A stretch of 62,884 nt of DNA, filler included, from Acidimicrobiia bacterium (GTDB taxonomy: Bacteria > Actinomycetota > Acidimicrobiia > Spongiisociales > JAHEDJ01): assembly GCA_029210695.1 (NCBI GenBank). It is 3 parts of 3 records of this genome, joined end to end, with 100 filler letters (N's around TTAATTAATTAA, not from the genome) between each part and the next. Parts side by side here need not be neighbours in the genome. Positions count along the whole stretch, not along the records: positions 49,221 to 62,884 come from JARGFH010000006.1; 2 more parts are not named here. One strand, 5' to 3'. Both the position numbers and the translations under genes were made by a program. The number at the start of each line of letters is the position of its first letter. Positions within the stretch are counted from its first letter, which is position 1. The notes beneath the pieces are model-generated. The model worked only from the letters and a program-made list of their open reading frames with translations, had not been told where the DNA came from and searched no databases. Positions 59,169 to 62,884 of the stretch are shown here, piece by piece.

Positions 59169-60019
59169 TGTCGACGTCGGAGCTGATTTCGAGAGACGCC
59201 CTGGTCGGCATGCGGGTCGGCATCTCCGTCTCAGATAGTGGCGATCTCCCGCGACTCGGCCTGTCCACGGCCCATGCAGAGATCGCAGTCGGGGAGATCG
59301 CTCGCGCTGTACTGATTGCTGGGGGCTCACTTGTCTATGGGGGCAGGATCAAGCCTTCGGGGTTCACGCAGTATCTAATGCACGAGGTGCGCCGCTACGG
59401 TCGCGACCGGGATGTTCTAACACTGTGCCTGGCAGCGCCCGAGCATCGAAAGCTCTCTCGCGATGAGCTCGATGCGACCGATCGGGAACTCGGAACAAAG
59501 GGTCGGGTCGTCTGCCTTGATGAAGATGGCAGCGAAGTCGAGGACATTCTCAGGTCGAAGCCGGTGGAGCCTGATCCTCTCGAGGACGGTCTCGCAGCAC
59601 AGGCGTACAGCGCAATGCGGACCTTCATGGGCACGATTACGGACGCGAGAGTTCTCCTCGGTGGAAGCCTCGCGGACTTCGCTGGAAGGATGCCTGGGAT
59701 CATCGAGGAGGCGGTCGTCGCCGTCGAAGCTCGACAGCGACTCCTCGTCTCAGCTGGCTTTGGTGGCGCAGCCGCGCTAGTTGCGCGTGAGCTCCAGATC
59801 GACGGCCTTCGATGGGCACCTCGGGATTTCCCGCGGCAACCCGCCGATGAGCGAATCGACCATGCGCTTGAGCTGCTGGGCGAAACAGCCACAGCACTTG
59901 ATTGGGACCCGACCTCGGCTGGGCTTGACCAAGAAGAACTCCGGCGGCTCTCAGCTTCACATCGCGCCGGCGAGATCGCATCGCTGGTGGTGGCAGGTCT
60001 CTCTCGAGCATCGAGCTAG
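59168..60019 (+). CDS. SLOG cluster 2 protein
   Basis: VGISVSDS.DL..LGL, LVYGG, SAMR..M, ARVLLGG...GRMPGIIEEA, GFGGAA; 1-nt overlap with the TIR gene. Confidence 0.85.
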   Translation: MSTSELISRDALVGMRVGISVSDSGDLPRLGLSTAHAEIAVGEIARAVLIAGGSLVYGGRIKPSGFTQYLMHEVRRYGRDRDVLTLCLAAPEHRKLSRDELDATDRELGTKGRVVCLDEDGSEVEDILRSKPVEPDPLEDGLAAQAYSAMRTFMGTITDARVLLGGSLADFAGRMPGIIEEAVVAVEARQRLLVSAGFGGAAALVARELQIDGLRWAPRDFPRQPADERIDHALELLGETATALDWDPTSAGLDQEELRRLSASHRAGEIASLVVAGLSRASS

Positions 60020-60068
60020 CGGTGCCCGGATCACTGGGCTCAGACGCGTCGGCCATTACGGTGTGACG

Positions 60069-61079
60069 ATGGCCTTCGACGGGAAATCGATCTATTGGCA
60101 GTCGCCTGCTGGGCCGCCGACAGTGACCAAGGGTTTCGCCTGCTATTGGTCATTCGCGGCGGAACGACAGCAGGTGTACTACCGCCGGCTGGCCGGATGC
60201 AGTGAACCGCTGACCAAGAACCCCGTGATCGCGGCCAACCGTTTCACCAACGCCTACAGGGCATCGGACCGAGTCAGCCAGCACCTCATCACCCACGTCC
60301 AATACCGCGATGAGTGGGACTGGCTGGACACATTCGTTCGAACCCTGATCTTCAAGATCTTCAACCGCATTGACACCTGGCAGCACATCGTACAAGAGAT
60401 CGGCGAGCCAGACTGGGCGGCTCTCCGAGACGGGCACGTAGCGAGAGCGGTTGGGTCAATCGCCGGAAAGAGGCCGGTCTATTCGGCGGCGTACATTATG
60501 CCCCCGCCCCGCTCCGCTTCTGGACCGAAGTATGTCCGCCACCTGGAGCTCGTTCGGCGGATGGTGCTGGACGGCGCGCCTGGTGATGTGCAGTCGGCCC
60601 GATCCATGGCGGACGCATATCTGGTCCTCCGTCGGTACGAATCAATTGGCAACTTTCTCGCCTACCAGTTCGTCACTGATCTGAACTACTCGGACCACCT
60701 GTCGTTTTCCGAGTCGGAATTTGTCGTACCCGGGCCCGGTGCCGTCAGAGGGCTGCGCAAGTGTTTCTCAGACTCTGGGGGATTGTCGGATGACGATCTC
60801 CTTCGATGGACGTGGGAGCGCCAAGAGAGTGAGTTCTCCGCTAGGGGCCTAGTGTGGGACGGCTTGTGGGGAAGGCACCTTCAGCTCATTGATGTTCAGA
60901 ACCTGTTCTGCGAGGTCGACAAATACACGCGGGTGGCCCTCCCGGAGCTCACGCGCTACGCGCCCGGGAAGAAGATCAAGCAGCGGTACCGCCCCGCGCC
61001 GGGGCCGCTCACTGCTTGGTTCCCGCCGAAGTGGGGACTCAACGAGGCAGTCGACACAGGGAGGCTGGGTGTTGGGTGA
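60069..61079 (+). CDS. aGPT-PPlase1-like (alpha-glutamyl/putrescinyl thymine pyrophosphorylase clade 1) helical protein
   Basis: YW.FAAERQ.VYYRR, FTNAYRASDRVSQ.LI, FKIFN..DTW, YSAAYI, FLAYQ...DLNYS, GPGA..G, LIDVQNLFCEVDKY. Confidence 0.85.
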   Translation: MAFDGKSIYWQSPAGPPTVTKGFACYWSFAAERQQVYYRRLAGCSEPLTKNPVIAANRFTNAYRASDRVSQHLITHVQYRDEWDWLDTFVRTLIFKIFNRIDTWQHIVQEIGEPDWAALRDGHVARAVGSIAGKRPVYSAAYIMPPPRSASGPKYVRHLELVRRMVLDGAPGDVQSARSMADAYLVLRRYESIGNFLAYQFVTDLNYSDHLSFSESEFVVPGPGAVRGLRKCFSDSGGLSDDDLLRWTWERQESEFSARGLVWDGLWGRHLQLIDVQNLFCEVDKYTRVALPELTRYAPGKKIKQRYRPAPGPLTAWFPPKWGLNEAVDTGRLGVG

Positions 61080-61127
61080 CCGAGTTCGGGTGACGCCGTG
61101 GCTCAGCTTTCGCTCCTCTGCGCCAGC

Positions 61128-62030
61128 TCAGTCGGCGATTCGGAGTTCGCGAGTGTCTAGGTCACACTCGACGACTCCGCCGCGAGCCTCTAGCAGCCGG
61201 GGGAAGATCGCGAACGCTTGGGCGTATGCGGTCCGCCACGCGACAACCGGCTGGCTCGCCACTTCAAGTCCGCGAACCGTTCGTTGCACATGTTTGAACA
61301 GATCCCAGCCAATGGCATCAGGCGTGAAGTCGAACGGCTCGAGGTAGTTGAACACGAACGCCGCAAGGCCCTCTTCGATGGCAATCGCGCGAGCACCGTC
61401 TTCAACCCTGTCGAGATCGCCCACGTCCTTCCGCTTTGCGCCCATGAGTGCTCTCAGGACTGGGGACCATCCGAGGACAGTTGCATGTGCGAGGTGGATT
61501 ATGTCGTGGTAGCGGTAGCCGTCGCCAGCGGCGGCGTTGTCGTCAAGCACATCACCTAGTTGAACCGTGGCCTTGCGCTCACGCTCGCGCGCGACCCGCT
61601 CGGCGAGGTCACCCTCGGGGATCATACGAACGAGGGGGATATCGCCCGACCGGTCTTCCTCGAACCGGACTGTCATCCGCCTGAGCAGCTTCTGACGCTC
61701 GTGAGGATGGTCGTCGTACTCGGGAAGGGGTGGCATCGAAGCCGACCAGAGCGCGTCGGCCTTAGTGAGATTCTGCTGGGCGACCGCCGCCAGATCGATG
61801 TCGAGCCGTCGGGCAACAAGGGCGATGTACCACAGGAGGTCTCCGAGTTCCTCGCCCACGCGCTCCTGCAGGCCGGGTAGCGGGCCCCCGTCGCGGAACC
61901 ACTTCTTGGCCTCGGACACAACCGAACCCGCCTCGCCAGAGATCCCGAATAGGCCGATCCGGATGGCCTCCTCGTCGGTCCCGAGGTTGTCGGTAGCGGA
62001 CGCTCGTTCGACGTAGTCCTGAAAATCCAT
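61128..62030 (-). CDS. MazG-like NTP pyrophosphohydrolase with MazG_C domain
   Basis: GEAG....EAKK..RD...EELGDLLWY; DGYRYHDIIHLA...LGWSPV.R...KRK...EDGARA..IEEG. Confidence 0.88.
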   Translation of the reverse strand: MDFQDYVERASATDNLGTDEEAIRIGLFGISGEAGSVVSEAKKWFRDGGPLPGLQERVGEELGDLLWYIALVARRLDIDLAAVAQQNLTKADALWSASMPPLPEYDDHPHERQKLLRRMTVRFEEDRSGDIPLVRMIPEGDLAERVARERERKATVQLGDVLDDNAAAGDGYRYHDIIHLAHATVLGWSPVLRALMGAKRKDVGDLDRVEDGARAIAIEEGLAAFVFNYLEPFDFTPDAIGWDLFKHVQRTVRGLEVASQPVVAWRTAYAQAFAIFPRLLEARGGVVECDLDTRELRIAD

Positions 62031-62185
62031 CTCAACTTTCCCATTCCCGAACACCGCAGCGATGAATGTCGCTGGTGCCTGGGCATGCTTGCCGGGCATC
62101 CCATGTTGGCAGGTCGGATCGTGCTTCATCCGTTTCGGCTTGACGCGGTGCACGACCGACTGAGCCCGACGCACGAGACGATGGC

Positions 62186-62604
62186 TCACTGTAGCTCAGC
62201 ATGCGGTCACCTCTCCGAGAACACGAGGTCACCGAATGTAGCGGCCGCGTTGGCCCGCAGCCGGGAAGGACATGTTGGTAGATCCGCATGGTGAAGGCGC
62301 CGCTGAGCGACCAAGGCGCCCGCTCACCACCTTGGGAGGGACGCCCTCTTTGAGCAGGAGAATGGCGTGCGTGTGTGTCAGGTCGTGGAGCCTGATTCGG
62401 GGTAGGTCCATCTTGGCCATGAACCGCTCGAAGGTCTGTGAGAAGTAGTCGGGGTGTCGACGTCGGTGGCCGTGTTGAAGTGGATCGCGCAGAGGGCCAG
62501 GACCACCACGAGGCGGACTCGTTGCAGCCGGGCGAGTCCGTGCATGTCGCTGTCGGCTTCTCGCTGGCGTCACCAGGGCCAGAGGATTCGCGGTATCGAC
62601 TCAC
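62186..62604 (-). pseudogene. Tyrosine integrase C-terminal remnant
   Basis: HPDYFSQTF...LPRIRLHDLTHTHA..LL..GV..KVVS.RLGR and, in another frame, FTMRIYQHVLPG; catalytic R and H substituted; frameshifts. Confidence 0.8.
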
Positions 62605-62689
62605 GTGGGTCGACGGTCGCCGTGAACAGTCCGAAGAGAAGCAAGTTCCGTTGACGTGACCGCTCGCTGCACATCTTCACGTCGTCTGC

Positions 62690-62711
62690 TCCATACCGCG
62701 TCCATACCGCG
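62690..62711. repeat. 11-bp tandem repeat, candidate integrase arm site
   Basis: TCCATACCGCG x2 about 100 bp from the tRNA fragment. Confidence 0.55.
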
Positions 62712-62814
62712 AGAGGGTGGGATGGAAGGGGAAACGACGCGAAACGTTGAGAGGCAAAAACCCAGTCAGGACAGGCGTTTCGGGCGATTTCCTCGGTCAG
62801 GGTAACTCCCACAA

Positions 62815-62864
<50 letters not shown>

Positions 62865-62884
62865 GCAAAGGCCCTGGTCAGAGC

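Overview
High-GC, actinobacterial-looking sequence (Acidimicrobiia-like by gene content; inference) made of three pieces joined by artificial N/TTAATTAATTAA linkers at 24619-24718 and 49121-49220, so gene order across the linkers is not evidence of linkage. Piece 1 (1-24618) is a conjugative/mobilisable-element defence island. It carries a VirD4 coupling protein, an HD protein, a SIR2 gene with one in-frame amber stop, a HigB-like/HigA-ImmA pair divergent from a Ubl-E2-JAB-E1 (Bil-like) operon, a helicase-DarT-ADP-ribosylglycohydrolase operon, type I R-M with an M48 peptidase, a MobF relaxase and a truncated IS110. Piece 2 (24719-49120) is mostly housekeeping (rplY, pth, glpK, pgsA-like, TipA-like MerR, ABC pair, mfd). 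Piece 3 (49221-62884) has Tcp/VirB4-type conjugation genes, then a cluster of four TIR proteins, two SLOG proteins, Nmad2, an aGPT-PPlase1-like protein and MazG, ending in an integrase remnant and a tRNA-fMet 3' fragment (att). The best candidates for undescribed systems are the TIR/SLOG plus DNA-base-modification cluster, the helicase-DarT1-like-ARH operon, and the Bil-like operon whose Ubl has no C-terminal glycine. All family assignments come from motif recognition by eye; no database search was run.
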